A DNA stretch of 64,000 bases from Octopus vulgaris. Taxonomy: Eukaryota. The stretch lies in NCBI GenBank assembly GCA_951406725.2, contig OX597830.1, forward strand, positions 65,782,001 to 65,846,000, in the 5' to 3' direction. Under the pieces are notes generated by a model. The model made no database searches. It saw nothing but the letters and a program-made list of their open reading frames with translations, and was not told the DNA's origin. A program made the translations under genes and the position numbers. Below are positions 50,571-64,000 of this stretch, in pieces; the first letter of the stretch is position 1; each line of letters opens with the position of its first letter.

Positions 50571-52685
50571 CAGTCAGACAGAGAGGGGGAGAGGAAGAGA
50601 GAGTGGGAGAGACAGAGAGAAGAGTAATTTTTTTTTATGCGCCCTTTTCAAGCCTAGCCAGGCTCATGGGCCCGGTTTCCCAGTTTCTGTGGCGTATGTG
50701 TTCCCCCGAGCTGGATGGGATGCCAATACATTGCAGTGTTACTCAAGAAACAGGAAGAAATAGTGAGAGAAAGTTGGGGCAAAAGAGTACAAAGGAATCG
50801 CCCCCCCCCCCCCTGCCAGAGCCTCATGGAGCTTTTAGGTGTTTTCGCTCAATAAACACACGCGGGGTCTGGGAATCGAAACCGCGATCCTCCAACCATG
50901 AGTCCGCTGCCCTAACCACTGGGCCATTGCGCCTCCACAAATAAATAAATGCGCCCTTTTTTAAAGCCTAGCCAGGCTCATGAGCCTGGTTTCCCAGTTT
51001 CTATGACGTACATGTTCCCCAGCTGGACGGGACGCCAGTCCATCGCAGCGTTACTCATTTTTGCCAGCTGCGTCGACTGGAGCAACGTGAAATGAAGTGT
51101 TTTGCGCAAGAACGCAATGCATCGCATTAACAGCATAAACACAGACACACACACACACACACATACATATATATGACAGGCTTCTTTCAGTTTCCGTCTA
51201 CCAAATCCATTCACAAGGCTTTGGTTGGCCTAAGGCTATAGTAGAAGACACTTGCCCAAGGTGCCATGCAGTGGGACTGAACCCAGAACTATGTGGTTCG
51301 TAAGCAAGCTACTTACCACACAGCCACTCCTACAACTTGTTTATTCTATTTGCCTATACACTAGGAAACAAACATGTTCACATTTGTTCTCTTTATTTGA
51401 TTAACCTCTAAGCCACGCGCTTCCACGAAGAGTAATTAGACAACTATATTTCATTAATATATTTGATTGAGTAAACATCTGAAAAACCTGGCAGCCAATT
51501 TACAATTGAGCTGTTTTCTGTTCTTTAATGTCTGGAAATGTATGAATCTAATGGGAAGGTTAACTGAGTTTTCATCCTTATTTGTAGTCATCTTTACATA
51601 ATGAAATAAAGAGAACAAATGTGAACATGTTTGTTTCCTAGTGAATAGGCAAATAGAATAAACAGGTCGTAGGAGTAGCTGTGTGGTAAGTAGCTTGCTT
51701 ACAAACCACATGGTCTCGGGTTCAGTCCCACTGCATGGCACCTTGGGCAAGTGTCTTCTACTATAGCCTCGGGCTGACCAAAGCCTTGTGAGTGGATTTG
51801 GTAGACGGAAACTGAAAGAAGCCTGTCGTATATATGTATGTGTGTGTGTGTGTGTGTGTGTCTGTGTGTGTGTCTGTGTTTATACTGTCAATAATAGACA
51901 TCTGCATTGATGGTCCTTCCATATTCCAGTAGCTTATTATGGAGGGTATCTGTCATGTTCCACCAAACACAGAGCAAGGATTTTTGTGGATGGAGTTCTG
52001 GTTTTTGTGTTGGCACTGGCCTTTCATTATCTGATAACCATTGTCTTCTTCATTTTCTATTGTAATGCAAAACCTGTTTTTAATTACCTGTAACAGTACA
52101 CTGCAGAAATTATAGGTTGTTATCTCTGATTAAAAGACTGCTGCAGGTAATGGAACACTGTACTCAATTCTCAAGTGTAAACTCAGGTGGGGCCTAAATT
52201 CCCTCTTTGCATGTTTTCCCAATTTATTTGAGGTGTTTGTGGATAGTTTAACATGACACATTAAATTTTTGCACCAAATGTCTGGTGCTTTGACGTGGAT
52301 CCAATACTGTAATCTCATTCAAAAGGTCATTATTCAGAATGGGTGATCTTCCAGAGCACACTTTATTGGCTATATCACAATCGCTTTCTTTAAACCTTTT
52401 AAACCACAGCTCTCATGTATGAGTTTTCACTGCATCTGGATAAACTTCACAAATGTCTTTCATTGCTTCTATTGTGGTACTTTTCTTTTGAAACTCATAC
52501 AGTTAGCAATGGCAAATATTTCGTCGTTGGATTTGGTTTGCAAGATTCTTTACATGAGTTCGTGTGTTGAAGCATATTCTGTTGTGTCTGGGGAGAGTCA
52601 TTCTCTTTTACTGCCTTATTATTTTACCGGTGAGTGTGTTAAATTATAAGGCACTAAAAGAGAATGACTCTCCCCAGACACAACA

Positions 52686-52730
<45 letters not shown>

Positions 52731-54219
52731 CGTTTTGGGATTTGGTTTGCAAGATTCTTTACATGAGTTCGTGTGTTGAAGCATATTCTGTTGTGTCTGG
52801 GGAGAGTCATTTTCTTTTTGTGCCTAATAATATAACACACTCACCGGTAAAATTTCCACTTTTTTCTTATTTTTATTTTCTTATACTATAGAGTCAAAGA
52901 TATTGAAAAGGTTGCAAGAGGCAACGAAAATTTTAGGAATATAAAAACAAGAAAAAAGTGGAAATTTTATCGGTGAGTGTGTTATATTATAAGGTACAAA
53001 AAGAAAATGACTCTCTCCAGACACAACAGAAATGTCAAATATGTTGTTTCATAATTCTCATCCTCCTTGGGGTTAATTACCGAAATAACTATGAATGACA
53101 CATTGCTGGATAGAAGAGATGGTATACTATTTCTACACAGTTCCTGCTCATTTGACTTGGGCCCTGATGTGATTGGTTGGTTGGTATTTCATACTGGTGA
53201 AAAAACAATTATTTTCCAAGCACCCATATACATACATATACACATACATGTATATACTCTTTTCCTCTTTTACTTGTTTCAGTCACATGATTAAAGCCAT
53301 GCTGGAGCACCGCCTTTAGTTGAGCAAATCGACCCCAGAACTTATTCTTTGTAAGCCTATTACTTATTCTGTTGATCTCTTTTGCCAAACCGCTAAGTTA
53401 CGGGGATGTAAACACACCAGCATTGGTTGTCAAGCGATGTTGGGGGGACAAACACAGACACACAAACATATACACACACATACATATATATATACATATA
53501 AACGACAGGCTTCTTTCAGTTTTCGTCTACCAAATCCACTCACAAGGTGTTAAAGCCAGTTGGATTATTAAAAAATAACTAACAGTGACAGAAGCAGTAT
53601 TAATTGTAATTACTGATGTATAGCGAGATACAGGTATGGCTAGGCACAAATGTGGCTTCATAGTAAGAAGTTTGCTTCCCAATCACATGGTTCTACGTTT
53701 GCCTTTCGAGGTTCCATGTTTTCTACATTAGCACAGCTGGGGCGGTAGGGGCGATCCACCATGGGAGGCACTTTTAAAGGAGTACTACTTTTGGGACTGC
53801 TGTAGGCAATATGTTTTTGTTTTTTTTTGTGGAGTCTGGGGGCGGCAAACGGAAGGGTCGTCCGCACACAGTGTGTGACCTTGGGCAAGTGTCTTATACT
53901 TTAGCTCTAGGCTGACCAAAAGCTAATGAGTGGAACTGGCAGGTGGAAACTGGAAGAAGCCCATTATATATATGGTGGCACGTTAAAAGCACCAACCGAT
54001 CGTGGCCGATGCCAGACCCCCCTGGCACCTGTGCAGGAGGCACGTAAAAAGCACCCACTACACTCATGGAGTGGTTGGCGTTAGGAAGGGCATCCAGCTG
54101 TAGAAACACTGCCAGATCAGACTGGAGCCTGGTGCAGCCCCTGGCTTCCCAGACCCTGGTCGAATCGTCCATCCCGTACTAGCGCGGAAAACGGACGTTA
54201 AATGATGATGATGATGATG

Positions 54220-54252
<33 letters not shown>

Positions 54253-54599
54253 TATAGACAAATTGCTTTCTGCAACATGGTGGCAATGTCTGAGACCGTC
54301 CACTTTAATGTCATTATAAAAAACAGCTCTTGAAATGCCTAGACACTTTTATTGCTAACAGCAGAAGCTAGTAACAGACTGCAAAATAATTGAAGACTTA
54401 TATCTTGGGACAGGCTTGAAAGAGTCATCTCTTAACAGTTGCAATTAGTGAAAGAAGTACAGTGACATAGTTTAGACTGCAACAGGTGCAAAACGGTGCA
54501 CTGATCATTGAGAGACAATCAATACACTCACTCACTCACTCACGTGCATGCTCAGGAATACAGGCACTCACACATACACAATCTCTCTGATATACACAA

Positions 54600-54615
54600 A
54601 CATGCACACACACAC

Positions 54616-54667
<52 letters not shown>

Positions 54668-54681
54668 TATAATATATATAT

Positions 54682-54726
<45 letters not shown>

Positions 54727-54963
54727 CATACATACATACACACACAAACATATATATACACATATATACATGCACATACATACATACACACACACAAGCA
54801 CATATAAATGCATATATGTATATATACGTACATATATATGTACATGTCTATATATGTGTGTGTATATATATATATATATATACATACACAGAAGCACATA
54901 TATACATATATATGTATGTGTATATGTGTGTATATATGTATGTATGAATGTATGTATGTATAT

Positions 54964-54997
<34 letters not shown>

Positions 54998-55257
54998 GCA
55001 CACACACACATATATATACATGCATATATACATGCATACACACACACATACACACACTTGCACATGCACACACACACCCACACACATGCACACACACACA
55101 CACACATTCAAGAATGCACAAATATAATGAGGAAGGTGATAGGGAGATGTGGAGGTCGTGAAATGTAATAGACAAAGCTAGATAAATGTCATACGGTGAG
55201 GCAGACATGTAAATGAGAAAGAAGAGGAGGAGGGAAATGGAAAGGAAACTGACAAAT

Positions 55258-55298
<41 letters not shown>

Positions 55299-55350
55299 GG
55301 CAGATAGACAGACAGACAGACAGACGGATAGAAGGACAGACGGGCAAATC

Positions 55351-55388
<38 letters not shown>

Positions 55389-55813
55389 CAGACAAACAGA
55401 CAGAGAGATAGATGGATGGATGGATGGATGGATGGATGGATGGATAGACAGACGGACGGACGGACAGACGGACGGACGGACAGACAGACAGATAGACAGA
55501 CAGATAGATAGATAGATAAACTGAAAGACTGACAGACAGATAAATAAACTGACAGATAGCTGGATAGGCAAACAGATTGGCAAACAGACTGACAGACATA
55601 GTTAGACATACATACATACATTCATACACACATACATACATACATACATAAATACATACATACATACATACATACATACATACACACACACATACATACA
55701 TACATACATACATACATACATACATACATACATACATACATACATACATACATACATACATACATACATACACATACACACACACACATACATACATACA
55801 TACATACATACAT

Positions 55814-55850
<37 letters not shown>
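54600..55850. repeat. Compound microsatellite block (TA, CA, GACA, GATA, GATG, TACA)
   Basis: Direct reading. Confidence 0.9.
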
Positions 55851-56249
55851 TGGATAAATAGATCATCTGACAAATTTCTCAAATTTAACACGCAGACAAA
55901 AGGGAAGCAGAGACAAATAAACTGGCATTAAACACATAATGCACCTGGAAATATTCCTCAACAGAAACAAGAAATATTGCCTTCTTCAAATAGTTTTGAA
56001 ATACACCAGACTGTAGTAAGGTAGTCTGGAGTATTACAATTACAATTGTAGTACATCTGACTACTACTGTTTTCTGAATGCATTCCCAGTATATCCAATG
56101 GAGCAGTCTATATGTACTCTTACTTGGTGTACATCCAGTCCTGAGTCCTGTGTTCTGGGAGTTTTTTTGTTTTGTTTTTTTTACTGCTAGAATAGAATAG
56201 TTTGAGTGTAGCATTGTGAGATATTAAACTTGTAGATATGTGAGTTACT

Positions 56250-56700
56250 AAAATGTAAGATTGTCAGATATTAAACCGTAACAAAATGCAGTCCTAGAGA
56301 GTACCATCAGAAAACTGCACATCTGCATTAAAGGACATGTACACACAAAGACTTCAGTCCATAAACACCTGCAGAAGAGCCAGACCCAGTACTTTACTGT
56401 ATCCCCCAGGGCTATGGAACATAACACCGGTAACCTTTGACTCAAAGAAACTATCATAATTAACAAGCAGATACCAGCATTAAACAACAGACAAGGACTA
56501 CACAAAAGAATGGCTACTATAACAACACCAGCTTGCACATATCTGAGCAATGGTAATAGTTTTATTCCACCTTCTGCTTCTCTATGTGTCCTGATGAAGT
56601 GGTCCAAACCCCTGAAATATAAAAGAAATAAAAGATAAAACTTTAACTTATTCTGTCTTCACTTTTGTATTGTTTCAGCCTAACATTTTATCCTTTTTTT
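56250..56700 (+). mobile_element. Penelope-like GIY-YIG 3' fragment
   Basis: SVHKHLQKS...LKETIIINKQIPALNNR (E-x3-I-x4-P-x-LN end of GIY-YIG), followed by a hammerhead-like motif. Confidence 0.55.
56587..56627 (+). ncRNA. Degenerate hammerhead motif at the end of a PLE GIY-YIG fragment
   Basis: CTGATGA agtggt-ccaa-acccct GAAA tata. The cleavage triplet and the 3' strand of stem I are decayed. Confidence 0.4.
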
Positions 56701-57209
56701 TTTTAAACTTTTTATTTAGAGGGGTAAGGGCAGTGCCTATGGCCCTTCAATTTTTTTCAGGGCATCTAAGATTAGTGGGAAAGAAAGGTGGAAGTTAACT
56801 TTGATCTGGGGGGCCTGACCTGAATGCTTGCAACAAAGGGAACTCTCCTAAAAATATGCAAAGGACCAAGTGGTGGGGGTGTTGAAGTGAGCAACAGATT
56901 AAGACTGTAACTCAAGAATTCCAAATACAAAGAGTTGAAATAAATATCTCAAAGAATCTTGTCCATCCCTCTAGCAATTCTTGCAATCCCCACCACCCCT
57001 GAATTTTTTTTTACATTCTTTTACTTCTTTTGGACTGTGACCATGCTGGAGCACTGTCTTGAAGGATTTTGTTGAAGAAATCAACCCCGGTGCTTAGTTT
57101 TAAATTCAGTACTCGTTCTGGCAGTCTCTTTCACCAACCTGAAAAAATATGGAGATGTAAACAAATCAACACTAATAGTCAAGCAGTGTAGAAACAAGCA
57201 TAAGAACAA

Positions 57210-57253
<44 letters not shown>

Positions 57254-59730
57254 TTACATACATACAATGGCCTTCCACACAGTTTCTTTCTACCAAATTC
57301 AGTTTCCATCTACCACATCCACTCATAAGGCTTTGGTCGGCCCGAGGCTATAGTAGAAGACTCTTGCCCAAGGTGCCATGCAGTGAGAATGAACCTGAAA
57401 CCACGTCGTTGCAAAGTGAGCTTCTTAACCACACACACCCATGCCTGCACTCGGTACTTTATTTTATTGACCCCTATGAAACGGATTAAATGCAATAGAC
57501 ATCAGTTAGATTTGACCTCTGAGTGCAAAAGTCAGGATGAACACTGCAAGGCATTTTGTTCAATTCTTTAATAACTCTACCAAACAGCCTAGATGTATAT
57601 GTAGGGTTGTGGTGTAGATGAACAAGACACTATTAAAACCTTTGGATCACTTAATCTCAGATGATATCACACACTGACTTCATGTATATAATAGCATCAT
57701 AAAAATTACATTCCAAAGACGGCTTTTTTTCTCAAACTGAGGAAATACTTCAGCTCTGGTCAGTTCCTAATCTTCTACAAGACCCAGTTTAAACCTCCAG
57801 TAGTTCTGAAGACATAGGTGCAGGCATGGCCAGGTGGTAAGAAGCTTGCTTACCAACCACCTGGTTCTGGGTTCAGTCCTACTGCATGGCACCTTGGGCG
57901 AGTGTCTTCTACTGTAGCCTCAGGCCAACCAAAGCCTTGTGAGTGGATTTGGTAGATGGAAACCGAAAGAATACTATTATATATATATTTATTTTATTTA
58001 TGCACCCTTTTCTAGCCAGGCTCATGGGCTCGGTTTCCCAGTTTCTGTGGCGTATATGTTCCCTCCAGCTGGACGGGACACCAGTCCATCTCAGCATTAC
58101 TCAAGAAACAGGAAGAGAGAGTGAGAGAAAGTTGGGGTAAAAGAGTACAACAGGGGTCGCCACCACCTCCTGCCGGAGCCTCGTGGAGCTTTTAGGTGTT
58201 TTTGCTCAATAAACACACACAACGTCCAGTCTGAGAATCGAAACCGCGATCCTCCGATCGCGAGTCCACTGCCCTAACCACTGGGCCATTGCGCCTCCAC
58301 ATTATATATAAATATATGTAAATATCTGTGTGTGTGTCTTTGTGTCTGTGTTTGTCCCCCACCCCATCACTGCTTGACAACCACTGTTGTGGTTAAGTCT
58401 CTGTAACTTAGTGGTTAGGCAAAAGAGACCAATAGAGTAAGTATTAGGCTTTAAAAAATGTCCTGAGGTTGATTTGTTCAACTAAAACACTTCAAAGCAG
58501 TGCTCCAGCATGGCCACATTCAAATGACTGAGACAAACGAAAGAAAAGAATGACAGAATATCTGGAACACTGAATCTGCTGCTACTTACACACACATACA
58601 CACACATACACACAAATAAACACCAAATAATTCCCATAAAAGAAGACAAGTGACATTTGATTGACTGGTAAAATCCTCTCTTAACAACACTCTACAGCTA
58701 TTAGCTGACAAAATAACAAAGAAGCCTCTACATGGTCGGTCATTATGCCAGAAATAGCAGCCAAATCTCCTTCAAATCACACCTCCACTGTCTTAGAAAA
58801 GAATACACTAGATAACGTGGTTCTGGTTTCTCAGTGCAGTCCAAAAAATACTGGTTTGTCATAGCTGAAATGTACTTTGATAACGGGACTGCTTGATCAA
58901 CACTGACTCAGGACCAAACGACAACAACTGTTAGTTGACAAATGTACTGTGAATTGAATGTGGCTTCTAACTTTGCTACAATAGTTTTGACTTCCCTTAA
59001 GTTGCAACCTACATAGCATCCACCTCCTTCCAAGCCCACCTGATATACCTGTCATTTTCTCCTCTCCTTCTCTTGTCAACCTTGTCTCATTCTTCAGATC
59101 CCTCACTAAACATTTTCACCAAACATTCTTTCCTTGTATTGCCATTCTCAGGCATTCCCTTTCCGCTGTATTTTTTTCTTGACTATATAGGCGCAGGAGT
59201 GGCTGTGTGGTAAGTAGCTTGCTTCTGTTTCCTTATTGCCCACAAGGGGCTAAACATAGAGGGGACAAACAAGGACAGACAAAGGGTTTAAGTCGATTAT
59301 ATCAACCCCAGTGCGTAATTGGTACTTATTTAATCGACCCTGAAAGGATGAAAGGCAAAGTCAACCTCGGCAGAATTTGAACTCAGAACATAACGGCAGA
59401 CGAAATACCGCTCAGCATTTCGCCCGGCGTGCTAACGTTTCTGCCAGCTCGCCGCCTTGCTTACCAACTACTTTGTTCCGGGTTCAGTTCCACTGCATGA
59501 CACCTTGGGCAAGTGTCTTCTACTATAGCCTCTGGTCGAACTATGGCAGCAGTACTGAATATTAATAGTTATCACCAAGCTAACATTGCAGCCCAGAAAA
59601 ATAGGACGAATGCTACCGTTGTTTGGCTCCAAGAGGCCATCGCCTCCAGCTAGCTATGTGACACACAAACCTGTGTCCATTATAACCTTTGAACAAGGGA
59701 GGTCAGCAGCTTCCCCTTGCTGGTTTGGCA

Positions 59731-59773
59731 TCCACAGACTAGTTTCAAGGTGTTTGCCTCTTATCAATGTGGA
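59731..59773 (-). ncRNA. Minimal hammerhead ribozyme, U3-A8 variant
   Basis: Minus strand reads tccaca TTGATAA gagg-caaaca-cctt GAA actagt C tgtgga: 6-bp stem I, palindromic stem III, GUC site. Confidence 0.65.
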
Positions 59774-60377
59774 GTAGCTGAATCCAGCAGGTGTTGCTGC
59801 TAACCAACTGTTTGAAGGATTATTTACCTAAATTCAGTGGAATACATCCACTGGTTTTCAAAAATAGAAATATCATTATTTCTAATTCTCTCTAAAGGAG
59901 ACTACAGCAGCGGTACTGGACATTAATAATTATCGCCAAGCTAACATGGCAGTCGAGATAAATAGGACAAATGCTGCCGTTGACTAGTTGGAGGCTGGTA
60001 TGCATGGGTGGCTGCTAGCCTTCCACAAACAATCTTGCCCTGACTTGTGCCTCAGAGGGTAACTTTCTAGGTGCAATCCCATGGTCATTCATGATTGAAG
60101 GGAGTCTCCTCCAATATTTAATCATAAAAAGGGCAGCGAGCTATCAAAATCATTAGCACGCCGAGCAAAATGCTTAGCGGTATTTTGTTTGCCATTACAT
60201 TCTGAGTTCAAACTCCGCCAAGGTCGACTTTGCCTTTCATCCTTTCGGAGTTGATTAAATAAGTACCAGTTACACACCAGAGGTTGATGTAATCGACCTA
60301 ATGCCTTTGTCTCCCCTTGTTTGTCCCCTCTATGTTTGCTCCTCCCCCACCAGTGGGCAATAAAGAAATAAATGCCC

Positions 60378-60460
60378 TCGGGCATATGGCGTAGTGGTTA
60401 AGAGTGCGGGCTACTAACCCCAAAATTCCAAGTTCGATTCCAGGCAATGACCTGAATAAT
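60378..60460 (+). mobile_element. Short tRNA-derived SINE head or tRNA pseudogene
   Basis: A box tggcgtagtgg and B box gttcgattcc, but no proper acceptor stem, and an (aat)n tail. Confidence 0.5.
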
Positions 60461-60734
60461 AACAAAAATAAGAAGAAAAAAAAAGAAGGAAGAAATAAAA
60501 GACAGAATGGCCGTGGATAAAATGTCTTCAATCATAAGACTTCTGGATCTGGGATGACAACAACAGTAACAGCAATCGTATTTGTCCCATTGGTGTGAAT
60601 GGCTTGTAAATGCCATGGGCATTGCTATGTTTTCTTCAGACTAATTTATCAAATTTTCTCTGCTCTCACCTGTTCTGTTAGACCAGTATGGATACAGAGA
60701 GATAGCAAGGGAACAGACATACATACAATAAGAG

Positions 60735-60742
60735 AGGGAGAG

Positions 60743-60785
<43 letters not shown>

Positions 60786-60924
60786 ATGAGAAATAAAGAG
60801 AAAGAAAAAGAATGAGAAATAAAAAGAGAGAGAAAGTGTGAGAAAGAAAGTGAATGAGATCAGGTGAGAAAATGAGATCAGGTGAGAGAGAGAGAGAGAT
60901 AGATAGAGAGAGAATGAGAAATAA

Positions 60925-60956
<32 letters not shown>

Positions 60957-61376
60957 AAATAAAGAGAGAAAGCAGGATAGAGAGGAAGAGAGAGAAAGAG
61001 TGAGAAAGAGAGAGAGAAATAGATAGATAGAGAGAGAGAGATAAATAGAGACAGAGAGAGAGCAGGAAAGAGAGACAGAGATGGAGAGAGCAAGAGAAAG
61101 AGAGAGAGTGAGAAGGAGAATGAACGAGATCTGGAGAGAGAGAGGGAGAGTGGGAAAGAGAGAGACAAGATGGAGAGAGCAAGAGAGAAGGACAAAAGAG
61201 ATTGAGAGAGCAGGAGACAAATGAGACAAGAAGAAAAGAGAGAGAGGGAAGCATTAAACAGAGAAGACAGAGAGAGAGAGAAAATACAATGATGAGACAA
61301 GGGGAAAGATAGAGGGGGAAGAGAGAGAGAGGGAGAGAGAGAAAAACAGACAGAAAGAAAGAGACAATAACAACAA

Positions 61377-61409
<33 letters not shown>

Positions 61410-61627
61410 AAGGGACATCAACAAGAGAGGGAGAGAAAGAGGAAACAAGAACAACACAGAGCAAAAGAGACAATGACAGGAAAGAGAGAGAAAAGAGAGA
61501 GAAATGGAAAGAGATAGAGAGAGAAAGAGAGTGAATGAGAGGTAAGAGAGAGAGAGAAAAGAGAGAGAAATGGAAAGAGATAGAGAGGGAAAGAGAAAGT
61601 GAAAGGGACAAAGGTAAGAGAGAGATA
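60735..61627. repeat. GA-rich low-complexity tract
   Basis: Direct reading. Confidence 0.9.
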
Positions 61628-62011
61628 AATCTTTATAACTTAACTTATTTTCTTAAGATGTTCCTTGAGTTGTTCTCAAGAAAATCCCTCTAATTCTTTC
61701 CTCCTTATTAATTAGCATCACCACTAATTATAAACTCCTGATTACCACTGCATTCCACGTCCCACTTCCTTTACGATCATCATTATAATTTCATTTGAGG
61801 TGAAGCATAATGAGAGACGTAACGGGCATCATATGTCAAGAAGCTACAATTAATGCTGTAAAACATTTCACAAAAGGACAACTGGCATTGTTGATGGATG
61901 TTGGTCAGCTGATGTCAGATCTTTGCAGTGCCAGACACTAAGAAACCAGCTGCTATTACCCTTTTTTTTGTTGTTGTTGTTTTTACAATCTTATTTATTT
62001 ATTTGTTGTTG

Positions 62012-62075
<64 letters not shown>

Positions 62076-62210
62076 CATTATTATTATTATTATTATTATT
62101 GTCATAGTTGTTGTTGCTTTGTTAAACTGTTCATGTAAAACAATTGTAAAAGAAAAAGACATGAGACAGCAATATATGAAATACCATAAATCAAAAAAAT
62201 TAGCTTTATG

Positions 62211-62277
<67 letters not shown>

Positions 62278-62415
62278 ATAATATTAGGGAATAAATCCAA
62301 ACTTACAGGGAAAAATTAGATTTAGGATTAAATCCAATTTTATAGTATAAATATATGTATTGGCTTATGATTTTCACTGTTTGATTTGCCTAATAGTGGT
62401 TTTATCTCTAATTTA

Positions 62416-62488
<73 letters not shown>

Positions 62489-63186
62489 AGGCGGTACTGG
62501 CAAATTCGAGCAAGGTCGTTGCCAGTACCGCCTGACTGGCCCCCGTGCCGGTGGCACGTAAAAGCATCCACTACACTCTCGGAGTGGTTGGCATTAGGAA
62601 GGGCATCCAGCTGTAGAAACTCTGCCAGATCAAGACTGGAGCTTGGTGCAGCCATCTGGTTCGCCAGCCCACAGTCAAACTGTCCAACCCAAGCTAGCAT
62701 GGAAAGCAGACGTTAAACGACGACGATGATGATGATGATATATACATATATTAGGTTGTCAAGAAAGTTCTTGCAGAATTTTAAATTTTGGTTTTAAATT
62801 ATGCATTTTCAAATTAATTTTCATTAAATTACTTTGATTTTATATATCATTTTAAAGCCCATTTTTCGCTCTATCTCAAGGTGTTACTCTTTTTCTTTTT
62901 GAATAATTAGGCCATTTGGTGGTCTGTGGCCAGTTTCATCCATCAAACAAAAATCCTCAATTTAATAATGCTATTTACAAACTTTATGCTTGGAATGACC
63001 AATTTTAAATACTGTTGGAACTTACACACAAGGTGCAGGAAACTTATAAGTATACTATTCTGCTAAAATAATAGAACTGCAGATGCAATATCCCTGCATA
63101 TCTCACGTCTATTTTCATTCCTTCACTTCATTCTCTCTTTCATACCTTATCTAGAATAATTATTGCTTAACCATTTTATCACACCA

Positions 63187-63232
63187 TCTCTGATGAAGGG
63201 ATATATAAAATATCCCGGAAACAGCTGTAAGA
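63187..63232 (+). ncRNA. Minimal hammerhead ribozyme (PLE type, palindromic stem III)
   Basis: tct CTGATGA a-gggatat-ataaa-atatccc-g GAA acagctgt A aga. Canonical core, GUA site. Confidence 0.7.
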
Positions 63233-63446
63233 CCTTCTCTTTATAAATGTTCTGAAATCTTTCACAGCCTTCGATTTTTATCTCACTCTGTTAATTTTTT
63301 ATATATATGCATGCTAATATATGACCTATGTTGGACTCCTCATTCGCATAATCACCAAACCTGGTGCTTAACTATAGTCTGTCAATAGCACTTACTCAGC
63401 ATTACCTGACATGTTTGAGTCTTCTTGACATCATTACCTCTCATAA

Positions 63447-63501
<55 letters not shown>

Positions 63502-63508
63502 ATATATG

Positions 63509-64000
63509 CAGGGTGCAATGGGTAGTGTCGCCATTTTATATTCTTAATTTCATGCATACGCATTGTTTGTTTTGATGTAGTTGACTACACAGTATAGTAG
63601 GGTCAGTTGGGCGCCATCAGTGAGAAAACAGCATCATGACACAATTCAATCTGCCAGAAATTTGGAAATTGCATGCTGCACTGCTCGGCATTTGTGCTAG
63701 AAGCTCCAATACAAAGATTTCAGAGTGTTTGGGTGTCAATATAAGGACAATGCAATCTGAGGACATATACCGAGAATGATAGAAATCAAACATCTAGTCA
63801 ACATCATGGTGTTTGGAGTGATCACTAGTGATGGTGGCTTTATGCCTCCATTCATCTCCCCACACGGCCTCAGACTCAACACAGAGGCCTACATCAAGTG
63901 CCTGGATGAAGTACTACTGGCCTGGGTCAAGAGGGTGGCTGTTGGAAGACCCTATGCCTGGCAACAGGACTCTGTACCATGCCACACATCCAGGAGATCC
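63509..64000 (+). mobile_element. maT/DD37D-like transposon relic running off the window end
   Basis: KHLVNIMVFGVITSDGGFMPPF...LRLNTEAYIKCL...WVKRVAVGRPYAWQQDSVPCHTSRRS. Confidence 0.75.

Noticed and set aside
54536-55891. Many C/V/Y/M- or H/T/I-rich ORFs (also at 19.8, 28.3, 30.2, 39.7 and 60.6 kb)
   Set aside because: Microsatellite translations.
60378-60452. Functional tRNA gene
   Set aside because: A and B boxes are present but the acceptor stem is missing and a simple-repeat tail follows, so it is SINE-like.

Overview
This is AT-rich eukaryotic DNA with many microsatellites and SINEs. The repeat landscape (tRNA-headed SINE families, MetaSINE-like cores, long (TA)n/(TTA)n/(TACA)n tracts) points to an octopus-type cephalopod genome, which is an inference. 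Most ORF-track entries are microsatellite or repeat artefacts. Manual splicing gives two convergent multi-exon genes. (1) On the + strand, a carnosine synthase 1-like (CARNS1/ATPGD1) double ATP-grasp gene: 6 exons visible at 1694-12676, about 776 aa, 5' exons probably upstream of the window. It is followed by a tandem remnant of its own 3' end that looks like a decayed paralogue. (2) On the - strand, a 5-coding-exon gene (36226->26467, 202 aa, 22 Cys) that the ORF track largely misses. It encodes a signal peptide, an AmFPI-1/IGFBP-N-like 12-Cys module, a truncated thyroglobulin type-1 (Tg1) module and a complete Tg1 module, and has a probable non-coding terminal exon near 18365-18699. The rest is mobile DNA: Penelope-like fragments with several minimal hammerhead ribozymes (one with a U3-A8 core swap), CR1- and R4/Dong-like LINE pieces, mariner/maT relics, piggyBac-type and Tc1-type MITEs, Helitrons, Gypsy-type LTRs, satellites, and a cluster of local inverted duplications at 48-54 kb. 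Family comparisons are from recalled consensus motifs; no searches were run.
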